A stretch of DNA of 64,000 nt from Candidatus Omnitrophota bacterium (GCA_016193195.1 JACPSQ010000086.1:17299-81298); one strand, 5' to 3'; positions 10,034 to 20,346 are shown, counted from the first letter of the stretch. Translations and numbers: made by a program. The notes: generated from the letters alone by a model not told the origin.

Positions 10034-11721
10034 CCGACGTCCGGTTGGAGAGTTCCCGCCCGGCTGTTGTCCTGGCGCTGCCGCTGAAGCGCGCGTTGGA
10101 GCGGTTGCTCCTGTGCAATCGGATCCGCGAGCTGGCGGACTACCGGATGACACCGGTGACGGTGAAGGATCTGCGCGGCATAGGAGGTCTCTTAGCATTC
10201 CTGGTTCGCGTGGTGGACCCATCCGGTATCCGGGCGCGTCGCTCCGGAGCGATTCAGCTTCTCATGGACGTCTGGATCATCATCACGCTCCGGCTGCTCC
10301 TGTTGTTCCGGAGGCATCGGATCGGGGAAGACCTGCGCTCGACCGTGGGTGTCCTCTGCCGAGCCGTGCTGTTCCGGCACCAGCGCTACGCGGCCCGTCC
10401 AACCACTGAGATGGTGCCGCACGTGCGGTGTTCCGAGAAGGAGGAGCTGTTGATCCGATCCTGCCTGTTGCTGCGCACCATGCAGCGGTACGGGCCATGC
10501 ATTGAATTCCTCATCCAGCGCCTCACCTCCGGGCTACCGGCTGCCGAGACGCGGCGATGGCTCGCCTTCTTCCTGCGTGAGATTGGGGATGACACCGCGG
10601 CTGACGCGTTGCTGACGATGGAGCCCGCGGCATCCGAAGCCACCGTCATCCACCACCTGGAAGTTCCAAAGCCTCCGGCGCAACATGCGCCGAGGCGACT
10701 CAAATACGGCCTGTACGTGATGACGGTGTTCGATTCGGACGTCTTCCGCAGCTCGCTGCTGAGCCTTATGAACAGTGATTACGACGGCCAGATCGTCGTG
10801 GCCGAAGACGGCTACCTTCCAAACAAGGTCTGCGAGGCATTTTGCCGGGAGGTCGGTGTTCCCTATATCAAGAACCCGGAGTGGACGTACACCCAGCCGT
10901 TGGCGAACCTGGCGATTCAGGCGTTTGATGAGGATACCGACATTCTGCTCCAGGCGCCGAACGACGTGCTCTGGCCCCCCCGCTGGTTTGGTCAACTTGA
11001 TGGGGCCTGGAAGCGGGTCTTTGACACTGGAAAGGTTGGTGGACTGACCATGAGTGCTGTGCAATTTGACGCCTCCGTGGAGCCTATGCTCAAAGAGGCG
11101 TTTGTGAGGGGGCGTTATGAAGGCCTGTTGTGGGTCTTAAAAATGCGGGCACAGGTTCACCCCTGGCTGGATTGGTATCGTGAAGCCCTGCCTCACGATG
11201 GGAGCCAGCTGTTTGGGTTGCCCAAGGATCTCTACACCGACGATGTGACCAGGCTCTTGTGGAAAGTTGCCTATGGAGGGGCGGTTTCGACCTTCTCCCG
11301 AACCCTCTGGACGGAAGTCAACAGGGTGCCATCACAGATGCGCGCCAATCTTGATCTGGAACTGGGCTACCAGTGTTGGACAAGCCGACGATGGTTCCTC
11401 GCCGTCAATAACACGCCTCTCATTCATATGATAGGACAGGATAGCCGTCGATTGACCGGCCGTGATAAGGTGCTTAAGGTGCGAGTGAAGGAAATGTTCA
11501 AGCAGGATGACGCGCTCTTCAGACAAAAGTACGGCGAGGACTGGTACCCACCCTATTGGTATTTTTCTGGCGAGAGCTGCATGATTTACCACGACGAGAT
11601 TCTGCGTGCGGTCAACGAGGGACGATTTGACGAGATCGACTTCGTGTTTGATGATTTCGAAGCCCGACGGAAGGGACGGTACTGGGCCTGTTCGCTCCCC
11701 TCGCTTTCACGCTCACAGTGA
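10012..11721 (+). CDS. Hypothetical protein with a possible GT2 (GT-A)-like C-terminal domain
   Basis: The ORF fills the gap between coupled genes. 'SLLSL...QIVVAEDG', 'NLAIQ...LLQAPNDV' and a later 'DLELGY...LIH' resemble a GT2 layout. The N-terminal part is unrecognised. Confidence 0.5.
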   Translation: MVQVSEITDVRLESSRPAVVLALPLKRALERLLLCNRIRELADYRMTPVTVKDLRGIGGLLAFLVRVVDPSGIRARRSGAIQLLMDVWIIITLRLLLLFRRHRIGEDLRSTVGVLCRAVLFRHQRYAARPTTEMVPHVRCSEKEELLIRSCLLLRTMQRYGPCIEFLIQRLTSGLPAAETRRWLAFFLREIGDDTAADALLTMEPAASEATVIHHLEVPKPPAQHAPRRLKYGLYVMTVFDSDVFRSSLLSLMNSDYDGQIVVAEDGYLPNKVCEAFCREVGVPYIKNPEWTYTQPLANLAIQAFDEDTDILLQAPNDVLWPPRWFGQLDGAWKRVFDTGKVGGLTMSAVQFDASVEPMLKEAFVRGRYEGLLWVLKMRAQVHPWLDWYREALPHDGSQLFGLPKDLYTDDVTRLLWKVAYGGAVSTFSRTLWTEVNRVPSQMRANLDLELGYQCWTSRRWFLAVNNTPLIHMIGQDSRRLTGRDKVLKVRVKEMFKQDDALFRQKYGEDWYPPYWYFSGESCMIYHDEILRAVNEGRFDEIDFVFDDFEARRKGRYWACSLPSLSRSQ

Positions 11722-11725
11722 ACCG

Positions 11726-13279
11726 ATGCCAGAGCTAACCACTGACGTGCGAACGAGCAGTCGTGAGCTCAAGTGTCTGGAGCTCGATCGATTGGCGGAG
11801 CATCTCGCACGCTTGCGAGGTGAGGGGAAGAAGATTGTCTTGTGTCACGGCGTATTCGACCTCCTCCACATCGGGCACGTTCGATATTTTCAACGCGCCA
11901 AGCAACTGGGTGACGTCCTGGTGGTGACGGTGACCCCCGATCGTTTTGTCAACAAAGGTCCCCAACGACCAGCCTTTTCTGAATCGCTGCGCATAGAAGC
12001 CCTTGCCGCACTGGAATGCGTCGACCATGTCGCCCTGAATCGGTGGCCGATGGCGGTGGAAACCATCCGCTTGCTGCAACCTCATGTCTATGTGAAGGGG
12101 CCGGATTACAAAGACCCTGACAACGATCACACAGGCGGGATTGTCCTTGAGGAGGCTGCTGTCAAATCCGTGAATGGACAGCTGGTGATTACCGATGACA
12201 TCACCTTCAGTGCTTCTCATCTGATCAATCGGCACCTGCCGTTGTTGTCCCAGGAAGCGACGCAGTTCCTTGAGCGTTTTTCATCCCGGTATACCTCAGC
12301 AGAGGTGCTTTGCTACCTGGAACAGGCACGTCCGCTGAAGGTCTTGGTTGTCGGAGAGGCCATCATCGACGAATATCAATACTGTGAATCTATTGGCAAA
12401 TCATCGAAGGAGCCAATGCTCGCCGTCAAGCGTCTTGCCATGGAACGGTTTGCCGGTGGGACCCTTGCGGTGGCCAACCACGTCGCGAACTTTTGCGATC
12501 AGCCGGGGCTCATCACCTTCCTTGGAGTGGATGATCCGAAGGAAACGTTCATTCGAGAGAAGCTGAATCCCAACGTCCAGCCGCGGTTTCTGTATCGGGC
12601 AGGCGCTCCCACGATTGTGAAACGCCGATTCATCGACCAGTATTTCTTTACGAAATTCCTGGAGGTGTATGAGATCAACGACGAGGCTTGGGACCCGCGT
12701 GATCATGACGTCTTGTGTGAGGAGTTGCGTACCCAAGTCCCGAACTACGATGTCGTGCTGGCCGTGGACTTTGGCCACGAGATGTTCAGTCGAGAGGCGA
12801 TTGATCTTGTCTGTGAGAAGGCAAAGTTCCTTGTCGTCAACACGCAGTGTAACGCTGGCAACCTCGGCTACCACTCCATCTCCAAGTATCCACGGGTGGA
12901 CTATGTCTGTCTGGCGGAGAGGGAGCTTCGGCTCGAGATGCGGGATCGTCGAGGGGATCTCAAGTCGTTGATTCAGCAGATTGCCCAGCGGCTTCGGTGT
13001 CCTGTGACGGCCACCCGCGGCGCCTATGGATGCCTCTCCTACAGTGAAAAGGATGGTTTTGTGGAGGTGCCGGCGTTCGCCAATCAGGTGGTGGACCGGA
13101 TGGGCGCCGGGGATACCTTTCTGTCGCTGGCGGCCCTGTGTGTCGCGGCGAAGGCGCCGCTTGAGATCGTCGGGTTCATCGGCAATGTCGCGGGAGCAGA
13201 AGCCGTCGCCACCGTGGGTCACCGCACGTCGATCGAGCGGGCGAGGTTCTTCAAGCACATTGAATCCTTACTCAAGTGA
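11726..13279 (+). CDS. Bifunctional cytidylyl/adenylyltransferase + PfkB-type sugar kinase (HldE/RfaE-like, reversed domain order)
   Basis: N-terminal 'HGVFDLLHIGH' (HxGH), 'YVKGPDY'; C-terminal 'VVDRMGAGDTF'. Confidence 0.85.
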   Translation: MPELTTDVRTSSRELKCLELDRLAEHLARLRGEGKKIVLCHGVFDLLHIGHVRYFQRAKQLGDVLVVTVTPDRFVNKGPQRPAFSESLRIEALAALECVDHVALNRWPMAVETIRLLQPHVYVKGPDYKDPDNDHTGGIVLEEAAVKSVNGQLVITDDITFSASHLINRHLPLLSQEATQFLERFSSRYTSAEVLCYLEQARPLKVLVVGEAIIDEYQYCESIGKSSKEPMLAVKRLAMERFAGGTLAVANHVANFCDQPGLITFLGVDDPKETFIREKLNPNVQPRFLYRAGAPTIVKRRFIDQYFFTKFLEVYEINDEAWDPRDHDVLCEELRTQVPNYDVVLAVDFGHEMFSREAIDLVCEKAKFLVVNTQCNAGNLGYHSISKYPRVDYVCLAERELRLEMRDRRGDLKSLIQQIAQRLRCPVTATRGAYGCLSYSEKDGFVEVPAFANQVVDRMGAGDTFLSLAALCVAAKAPLEIVGFIGNVAGAEAVATVGHRTSIERARFFKHIESLLK

Positions 13280-14265
13280 AGAGATACGGCATGACGCCGG
13301 AAGCCCAAAGGATGCGGTGGTTGTATTACAACCTGCTCAGGATTCGTATGGTGGAGGAGACTATTGCGCAACGTTATGCGCAGCAGGAGATGCGTTGCCC
13401 TATCCATCTGTGCATTGGTCAGGAAGCGATCGCGGTCGGAGTCTGCGCCCACCTGGCTCGCGAGGACTACGTGTTGAGCGGGCATCGTTCGCACGGGCAC
13501 TACCTGGCCAAGGGCGGCGATCTCAATGCCATGGTCGCAGAACTCTATGGCAAGGCAACGGGGTGCGCCGGAGGCCGCGGCGGTTCGATGCATTTGATAG
13601 ACCTCTCCGCTGGATTTTTGGGCGCAACCCCGATTGTGGCCGCCTCCATTCCGATCGCCGTGGGGGCGGCGTTAGGGTCGGTCATGCAAAAAGAGCCTCG
13701 AGTGACCGTGATCTTTTTCGGCGACGCAGCCCCGGAGGCCGGGGCGTGTCACGAGAGTCTGAATTTCGCGTTGCTCAAGCGCCTGCCAGTCGTCTTCGTG
13801 TGCGAAAATAACCTGTATTCCGTCTATTCGCCGATGTCGGTTCGTCAACCTGAAGGCAGACCGCTTGCCTCGCTCGCTGCTGGACATGGGATGGCCACGT
13901 ACCGGGGCGACGGCAATGATGTGTTCAGCGTCTCTGCCATCGCGCAGGAGGCCATCCGGCAGGTGAGGGATGGTGGGGGACCGATGTTTCTCGAGTTCAT
14001 GACCTACCGCTGGCGGGAGCACTGCGGCCCCTACTATGACAACGACCTCGGCTACCGAAGCGAGCAGGAATTTCAAGACTGGAAGCAGCGGTGCCCGGTT
14101 GCGCGGTGCCGAGAACGCCTCCTCCGTGAAGGCATCCTCACTAGCCAGGATCACGAAGAGATCGTTCGGACGTTGGAACGCGAGATTGACGCGGCGTTTC
14201 GTTTCGCCAAGGAAAGCCTTTTTCCTGAAGCTCAGGAACTCTTGGAGCACGTGTACGCGCCATGA
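13276..14265 (+). CDS. TPP-dependent dehydrogenase E1 alpha-like subunit
   Basis: 'HLCIGQEA', 'HRSHGHYLAKG', 'GRGGSMH', TPP motif 'FGDAA...CENN', 'TYRWREHCG'. Confidence 0.9.
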   Translation: MKRYGMTPEAQRMRWLYYNLLRIRMVEETIAQRYAQQEMRCPIHLCIGQEAIAVGVCAHLAREDYVLSGHRSHGHYLAKGGDLNAMVAELYGKATGCAGGRGGSMHLIDLSAGFLGATPIVAASIPIAVGAALGSVMQKEPRVTVIFFGDAAPEAGACHESLNFALLKRLPVVFVCENNLYSVYSPMSVRQPEGRPLASLAAGHGMATYRGDGNDVFSVSAIAQEAIRQVRDGGGPMFLEFMTYRWREHCGPYYDNDLGYRSEQEFQDWKQRCPVARCRERLLREGILTSQDHEEIVRTLEREIDAAFRFAKESLFPEAQELLEHVYAP

Positions 14266-15323
14266 TGAGAGAACTGAAGTTCTACGAAGCGATTCGCGAG
14301 GCGCTCGACCTGTGTCTGGCCAAGGACCCGCGAGTCTACCTGATGGGGCTCGGCGTGCCGGATCCAAAGGGCATCTTTGGGAGCACCCTTGGGCTCCAGC
14401 AACGATACGGCTCATGGCGGGTGATGGATATGCCTACCTCAGAAAACGGGATGACGGGAATTGCCATCGGCTCAGCCCTCAACGGGATGAGGCCGGTGTT
14501 AAGCCACCAGCGTGTGGATTTCTCATTGTTGGCGATGGAGCAGATGGTCAACCAAGCCGCCAAGTGGCGGTACATGTTTGGCGGCAGGCACAGCGTCCCA
14601 GTGGTCATCCGCATGATCATCGGACGCGGATGGGGACAGGGACCACAACACTCCCAGAGCCTTCAGGCGTGGTTCGCCCACATTCCTGGTTTGAAGGTGG
14701 TCATGCCGACCACCCCCTATGACGTGAAAGGTCTCCTCATTTCGAGCATTGAAGATGATAACCCCGTCATCGTGTTGGAGCATCGGTGGCTCTACACCAT
14801 CGTGGGGGAGGTTCCTGAGGGGCTCTACCGTGTGCCGTTAGGGCAAGCCAAGGTGGTACGGGGGGGTCAGGATCTGACGATCGTCGCAACGTCCTACATG
14901 GTGCTCGAAGCGCTTCGGGCCGCGGAACTCTTGGCTGAGCAGGGGATTGCGGCAGAGGTCATCGACGTGCGAAGCCTCAGACCATTGGATGGTCGGGCTA
15001 TTCTCGAGTCGGTGTGCAAGACAGGGCACCTGATCGTTGCAGATGCGGCTTGGACAACCTGCGGGTTCGCGGCGGAGATCGTGGCCTTGGTCTGCGAGCA
15101 TGCGTTCGAGCATCTCAAGCGTCCTCCTCGTCGGGTGACGCTGCCGGACTGTCCTTGTCCGAGCAGCGCGGCATTAGCCAATGACTACTATCCACGGTCC
15201 GTTCATATCGTCGCGGAGGCAAACGCGTTATTAGGGGTGTCCGGCAAGCCGGGTCTGGCTTCGGAGGCGGTATCCTCGGTGCCGCTGGATGTGCCCGATT
15301 TGAACTTCACGGGACCGTTCTGA
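14262..15323 (+). CDS. TPP-dependent dehydrogenase E1 beta-like subunit
   Basis: 'DMPTSENG', 'GQGPQHSQ', 'PGLKVVMP', 'EVIDVRSLRPLD'. Confidence 0.9.
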   Translation: MMRELKFYEAIREALDLCLAKDPRVYLMGLGVPDPKGIFGSTLGLQQRYGSWRVMDMPTSENGMTGIAIGSALNGMRPVLSHQRVDFSLLAMEQMVNQAAKWRYMFGGRHSVPVVIRMIIGRGWGQGPQHSQSLQAWFAHIPGLKVVMPTTPYDVKGLLISSIEDDNPVIVLEHRWLYTIVGEVPEGLYRVPLGQAKVVRGGQDLTIVATSYMVLEALRAAELLAEQGIAAEVIDVRSLRPLDGRAILESVCKTGHLIVADAAWTTCGFAAEIVALVCEHAFEHLKRPPRRVTLPDCPCPSSAALANDYYPRSVHIVAEANALLGVSGKPGLASEAVSSVPLDVPDLNFTGPF

Positions 15324-15324
15324 C

Positions 15325-16401
15325 ATGGCTGATACGCGACGGATCGTCGTCATTGGAAGCAATTCGTTCTCGGGCAGTGACTTCATCGACCTGCTGCTGG
15401 AGGACCCGCGCAACGAAGTGATTGGGATCAGCCGCTCGCCTGAGAAGAGCGCCACCTTCCTTCCCTACAAACGGCGGCAGGGGGCTGCCTTCACGTTCTC
15501 TCAAATAGATGTGAACCGCAACATGTCAGAGCTGGTTCGCCTCCTTGACGACCGGAAGCCCAGCGTTGTGGTCAATTTCGCGGCGCAGAGCGAGGTGGCG
15601 CCGAGTTGGGACTATCCAGAGCAGTGGTTCCAGACCAACGTGGCCTCCCTGGTGGCCCTGGCGAATTACTTGAAAGACCAGTCATGGTGTTGGCGCTATG
15701 TCCACATTTCTTCACCGGAAGTGTATGGGACCTGCGTCGGGCGCGTCCGAGAAGATGCGCCGTTGAATCCCAGTACGCCGTATGCCGCTTCAAAAGCGGC
15801 CGCAGACCTGTTCCTGTTCACTTTGGTCAAGCAGTTCCGGTTTCCTCTCATTATGATCCGCGCCACCAACGTCTACGGGGCTGGCCAGCAGCCATGGAAG
15901 ATCATTCCAAAATCGATGATTTCGCTCAAGCGAGGGCAGACCATCCCCCTGCATGGTGGCGGAGTGGCCGTGAAGTCCTATATCCATATCCGGGACGTGT
16001 CACGCGGCGAGCTGGCTGCGATGGAGATCGGGACTCCGGGCTCGATCTATCACTTGTCTCCGGACCGTGGGTATGCGGTGCGGGAGGTGGTGGAGCGAAT
16101 CTGCGTACTGCTGGGCCGCGACAGGACGGTTACGACTACTGTGGTTGGTGAGCGTCCCGGACAGGATGCCGCGTACGTGATTGATTCCACGCGGGCCCGA
16201 ACCATGCTTGGCTGGGAACCGAAGGTCTCGCTGGACGAAGGATTGGCGGATGTGAAGCAATGGGTCGAGCGGTATTGGGACGTCCTCAAGGACGTTCCGC
16301 TGGAATATCAGCATCAGTCTGAACGCTATGCATTGGTGCCGCTTGAGGAGCGGGAGACGTTGGCGGCATCTGGGTCAGGTGAGCGGGGCGGGCGGCGATG
16401 A
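15325..16401 (+). CDS. NDP-sugar 4,6-dehydratase-like extended SDR (RmlB-like, divergent)
   Basis: 'GSNSFSG', 'NFAAQSEV', 'HISSPEVYG', 'PSTPYAASKAAAD', 'NVYG', 'ERPGQDAAY'. Confidence 0.8.
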   Translation: MADTRRIVVIGSNSFSGSDFIDLLLEDPRNEVIGISRSPEKSATFLPYKRRQGAAFTFSQIDVNRNMSELVRLLDDRKPSVVVNFAAQSEVAPSWDYPEQWFQTNVASLVALANYLKDQSWCWRYVHISSPEVYGTCVGRVREDAPLNPSTPYAASKAAADLFLFTLVKQFRFPLIMIRATNVYGAGQQPWKIIPKSMISLKRGQTIPLHGGGVAVKSYIHIRDVSRGELAAMEIGTPGSIYHLSPDRGYAVREVVERICVLLGRDRTVTTTVVGERPGQDAAYVIDSTRARTMLGWEPKVSLDEGLADVKQWVERYWDVLKDVPLEYQHQSERYALVPLEERETLAASGSGERGGRR

Positions 16402-17480
16402 CACAGCCAGTCATGGCGATGGAGGAGGCAGTCCGGCCGCGCATCGCGAAAGCGGCGATTTTGGTGGAACAGAATGCGCCACTCCTCATTGCGGACATCG
16501 AGATCCCGCCGGTGGACGTCGGACAGGTACTCGTGCGGGTCCAGTGCAGCGGGATCTGCGGCAGCCAGCTGAATGAAATCAGCGGCCGTCGAGGGCAGGA
16601 CCGCTTCCTCCCTCACTTGCTGGGCCATGAAGGCGCAGGCCGGGTCGTGGAGGTGGGTCCGGGAGTCCGGAAGATCAAGCCTGGCGACCAGGTGGTGCTG
16701 CATTGGATGGAAGGCTCCGGTATTGAGTCTGCCCCCCCGATATTCCGGCTCGACGGGACCGTGATCAACGCGGGACGGGTGACGACGTTCAGTGAGTACA
16801 CGGTGGTGTCGGAGAACCGCGTCACGCCAATTCCACACGACATCAACCCGGGCGTCGCCTGCCTGCTCGGATGCAGTGTGACCACCGGATTGGGCATTGT
16901 CATTCACGAAGCCAACGTGACACCAGGCCAGTCGCTGGTGGTCTTCGGGGTGGGTGGGATTGGATTGAACGTGGTACAGGGAGCCGACCTGGTGCATGCC
17001 GATCCGATTGTCGCGGTGGACGTAGATGATCGGAAGCTCGTGCAGGCGTGCGCGTTCGGCGCGACCCACACGGTCTCTGTGGCGCAGGCTGAGACAGGGC
17101 TGGAGGCACGGTTGAAGGATCTGACCGAAGGAGCAGGGTTTGATGTCGCAGTGGACACCACAGGGAAGCGGGAGGTGTTTCAGCTCGCCTACCGCGTGAC
17201 CGGTGACGCCGGCAAGACCGTCATGGCCGGTGTGCATGACGCGCAGCAGCCGATCACGATTGACGCCTATCCGCTTCATTTTGGCCGCCGAATTATCGGG
17301 TCGCACGGCGGGGCAACGCAACCGGATTCGGACATCCCTCGCTACCTCCAGCTCTACCGCCGGAAGCGACTGAAATTAGATGAGCAGATTACCCATCGGT
17401 ACAGCCTGGATAACGTCAATGAGGCATTGGAGGCCGTCCGTCGGGGTGAGGCGGTCCGGTGTGTGTTGAAGATGGCATGA
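16398..17480 (+). CDS. Zinc-dependent medium-chain alcohol dehydrogenase
   Basis: 'GICGSQ', 'LGHEGAG', 'LGCSVTTG', 'VFGVGGIG'. Confidence 0.85.
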   Translation: MTQPVMAMEEAVRPRIAKAAILVEQNAPLLIADIEIPPVDVGQVLVRVQCSGICGSQLNEISGRRGQDRFLPHLLGHEGAGRVVEVGPGVRKIKPGDQVVLHWMEGSGIESAPPIFRLDGTVINAGRVTTFSEYTVVSENRVTPIPHDINPGVACLLGCSVTTGLGIVIHEANVTPGQSLVVFGVGGIGLNVVQGADLVHADPIVAVDVDDRKLVQACAFGATHTVSVAQAETGLEARLKDLTEGAGFDVAVDTTGKREVFQLAYRVTGDAGKTVMAGVHDAQQPITIDAYPLHFGRRIIGSHGGATQPDSDIPRYLQLYRRKRLKLDEQITHRYSLDNVNEALEAVRRGEAVRCVLKMA

Positions 17481-18310
17481 AGGATCTCGACCGTCACTTT
17501 GTTGGTCAGGTCGTGGCTGTGACAGGTGGTGCGCGGGGCATCGGGAGGCGGATTGCCCACGCGTTTGGACAGGAAGGGGCCGCGGTGGTCCTCTGCGACA
17601 TCGATCAGCGGACCGGCGAGGCGGCGAAGGCTGAACTCCGCGACCGGGGTGCGACGGCGGAGTTCCTCCCGACCGATTTAAGTCAGCGCGGTGTGCCTCA
17701 AACGATGGTTCGTCAGATCGTCCAACAATTCGGACGGCTGGATATCTTGATCAATAACGCCCGGTGGACCGTGAAAGCCGGCTTGTTTGAGGAGGATGAG
17801 GAGAGTTGGGAACGCGGGATGGCGGTTTCCCTGCGGGCTCCGTTCTTTGCCGCTCAAGAGGCGATCCGCATGATGGAGAAGACGGGCGGGGGGAGCATTG
17901 TGAATATCAGTTCGGTCTTGGCGTTTGTGACGACCCCATCGGCCTCGGTCTCCTATCATGTGGCCAAAGCCGGACTGGTGCAACTGACGCGGTATCTGGC
18001 GGCCTCTGCCGGAAGGGTGGGGGTTCGGGTCAACGCCATCCTGCCCGGATTCATCGTACAACAGGAGCATTGGGATCGGTATACACAAGACGAGAACCAT
18101 CGCTATCGAGACCTCGCTGAATTTTGCCACCCCCTGCGGCATGTCGGCGGCTCTGACGATGTGGCGCACGCCTGCCTGTTTCTGTGTTCGCCGGAGGCCT
18201 CATTTATCACCGGTCAGTGCCTCATTGTTGACGGAGGATTGACGACGCAGGAACCGTTTGACTTACTGTTCGCGTTCGACCAGCAACGGGGGGAGGCGCC
18301 CTCGTCATGA
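17477..18310 (+). CDS. Classical short-chain dehydrogenase/reductase
   Basis: 'TGGARGIG', 'LINNA', 'NISS', 'YHVAK', 'VDGG'; ATGA-coupled start. Confidence 0.85.
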   Translation: MKDLDRHFVGQVVAVTGGARGIGRRIAHAFGQEGAAVVLCDIDQRTGEAAKAELRDRGATAEFLPTDLSQRGVPQTMVRQIVQQFGRLDILINNARWTVKAGLFEEDEESWERGMAVSLRAPFFAAQEAIRMMEKTGGGSIVNISSVLAFVTTPSASVSYHVAKAGLVQLTRYLAASAGRVGVRVNAILPGFIVQQEHWDRYTQDENHRYRDLAEFCHPLRHVGGSDDVAHACLFLCSPEASFITGQCLIVDGGLTTQEPFDLLFAFDQQRGEAPSS

Positions 18311-20346
18311 GATCCGTGATCTATTTGGCCGATTTGACGCATACCGGCCCCGTCATCTCTTCGAACGTCCATCCGCTGGCGGCCGGCTTGGTGGGCGCGT
18401 ATGTGGTGGAGCGTTGTCCTAACAGGATCGAGGTCGAGCTGTTCAAGTATCCGCAGGATCTCTCGGCCGCGATGGCACGCCGACGCCCGCGGCTAGTTGG
18501 ATTTTCGAATTATTCCTGGACCTGCAACCTCTCGTACGAGTATGCGCGGCAGATCAAACACGCCTATCCTGAGATCGTGATTGTTTTCGGGGGACCGAAT
18601 TATGGCTTGAGAGAGCAAGAAATGCTGGCCTTTTGGCAGCGGTACCCCCTGATCGACTTCTATCTCGTGAAGGAAGGGGAGCTGCCGATGGTCGAACTGC
18701 TGCACGGCCTTGAGGACTGCGGGTATGACCCCGCGGCGTTGAAGCGCTCCGGCAGATCCCTCCCGAACTGCCACTATCAGTGGCAGGGGACACTGGTGAC
18801 CGGTGAGATCCTCCCCCGCCTCACTGAGCTCGAGCAACTCCCTTCGCCCTACCTCATGGGCCTGATGGACAAATTCTTTGACGGGGTCCTCTCCCCGATG
18901 ATTCACACCACGCGCGGCTGTCCGTTTACCTGCACCTTCTGCAGTGAGGGGGCGACGTATTACAACAAGGTCGCGCAACGTGTCGGCATCGCCGAGGAGC
19001 TCGACTACATTGCCCAGCGGGTGGGCAGCGTGCCTGACCTCTACCTGACGGACGCCAATTTCGGGATGTATCAGCAGGATCGTGAAAAAGCCAAGATCAT
19101 CAGCTCGATTCAGCAGCGATACGGTTGGCCGAAGCGGCTCGTCGTCTCAACAGGGAAGAACCAGAAGGAGCGCGTCATCGAGGTGGCCTCGATGCTCAAT
19201 GGGTCCCTGAACGTGGCCGCGTCCCTCCAATCCACCGACCCCACCGTCCTGCAGAATATTCAACGAGCCAACATCTCCTTGGACGCGCTCAACGTCATGG
19301 CGAAGCAGACCACCGAGACGGGCGCCGATACCTACACCGAACTCATCTTGGGTCTTCCGGGAGACTCCAAACAGGCCCACACCAAATCGTTGCGAGACGT
19401 GGTCGAAGCGGATTTGGGAATCGTGCGGATGTACCAACTGATTATGCTTCCGCAGACCGAGCTGAACACCCCTGAGACCCGCCAGCGGTATGCCATGAAG
19501 ACCAGGTTTCGGATCATGCCTCGATCCTTTGGACGCTACGACCTCCTGGGCAAGGCGATCCTTGCGGTGGAGTCCGAAGAAATCTGTGTGGAGAACAGCA
19601 CCCTGACGTTTGAGGACTACCTCGAGTGTCGGGAGCTGAACCTGACCGTCGAGATCCTCCATAACGGCAGAGTCTTCGTCGAGCTGCAGGGGTTGTGTAA
19701 GTGGCTGGGCTGCTCATGGTTTGATTTCCTCTTGCGCGTGCATCAGCAGCGACGATCCTCCCACGAGGCCCTGAGGCGGTTCTACGAGACCTTCCGTGAG
19801 GAAACCACCAAGCGGTTGTGGGCGACACGAGAGGAGCTGGAGGGGTACGTCAGTCAACACCTTGACGAGCTGCTGGGTCATGAGGAAAGCACCAATGAGA
19901 TGGCGACGTCGAAAGCGATCGCCTTTTTCCAATTGCAGGGGACGCTGCATGACGTTTTGTTTGAGGAGATGACCGCACTCCTCAACGAACGAGGGTGTCT
20001 TGATGAGGTGATGGGAGTGTACATCAGGGAATTGAGAGACTACAGTCAATGTCGAAAGGCCCGGCTGACCGAAGGGCGCGAATACCATGGGAGGTTCCAT
20101 TTTGACTTCCCTGGAATCGGGGAGCATCACTACGCGGTGGACCCTCGGGACTATTTCCTCGAGGGGAGGACTGTTGAGCTGCGGTTCTGTCACAGCGCCA
20201 GGCAGCGCGAGATGATCCAGGGATATCTCCGACAGTATGGCAACACCCTTGACGGGATGGGGAGAATCTTGATGCGTGTCTGGCCGACCACACGTCTCTT
20301 CCGAGAAGTCCTCTGCCAGGAAGAGCACGCGCTGGCAGCCGCGTGA
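18307..20346 (+). CDS. B12-binding-domain radical SAM protein
   Basis: N-terminal 'HPLAAGLV...VGFSNYSW...VFGGP...EGE'; 'TRGCPFTCTFC' CxxxCxxC; 'DANFG', 'ELILGLPGD'. Confidence 0.85.
   Translation: MRSVIYLADLTHTGPVISSNVHPLAAGLVGAYVVERCPNRIEVELFKYPQDLSAAMARRRPRLVGFSNYSWTCNLSYEYARQIKHAYPEIVIVFGGPNYGLREQEMLAFWQRYPLIDFYLVKEGELPMVELLHGLEDCGYDPAALKRSGRSLPNCHYQWQGTLVTGEILPRLTELEQLPSPYLMGLMDKFFDGVLSPMIHTTRGCPFTCTFCSEGATYYNKVAQRVGIAEELDYIAQRVGSVPDLYLTDANFGMYQQDREKAKIISSIQQRYGWPKRLVVSTGKNQKERVIEVASMLNGSLNVAASLQSTDPTVLQNIQRANISLDALNVMAKQTTETGADTYTELILGLPGDSKQAHTKSLRDVVEADLGIVRMYQLIMLPQTELNTPETRQRYAMKTRFRIMPRSFGRYDLLGKAILAVESEEICVENSTLTFEDYLECRELNLTVEILHNGRVFVELQGLCKWLGCSWFDFLLRVHQQRRSSHEALRRFYETFREETTKRLWATREELEGYVSQHLDELLGHEESTNEMATSKAIAFFQLQGTLHDVLFEEMTALLNERGCLDEVMGVYIRELRDYSQCRKARLTEGREYHGRFHFDFPGIGEHHYAVDPRDYFLEGRTVELRFCHSARQREMIQGYLRQYGNTLDGMGRILMRVWPTTRLFREVLCQEEHALAAA

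Noticed and set aside
13276-15323. Housekeeping pyruvate/acetoin dehydrogenase
   Set aside because: No E2/E3 or lipoyl domain is nearby, and the pair is embedded among NDP-sugar genes.
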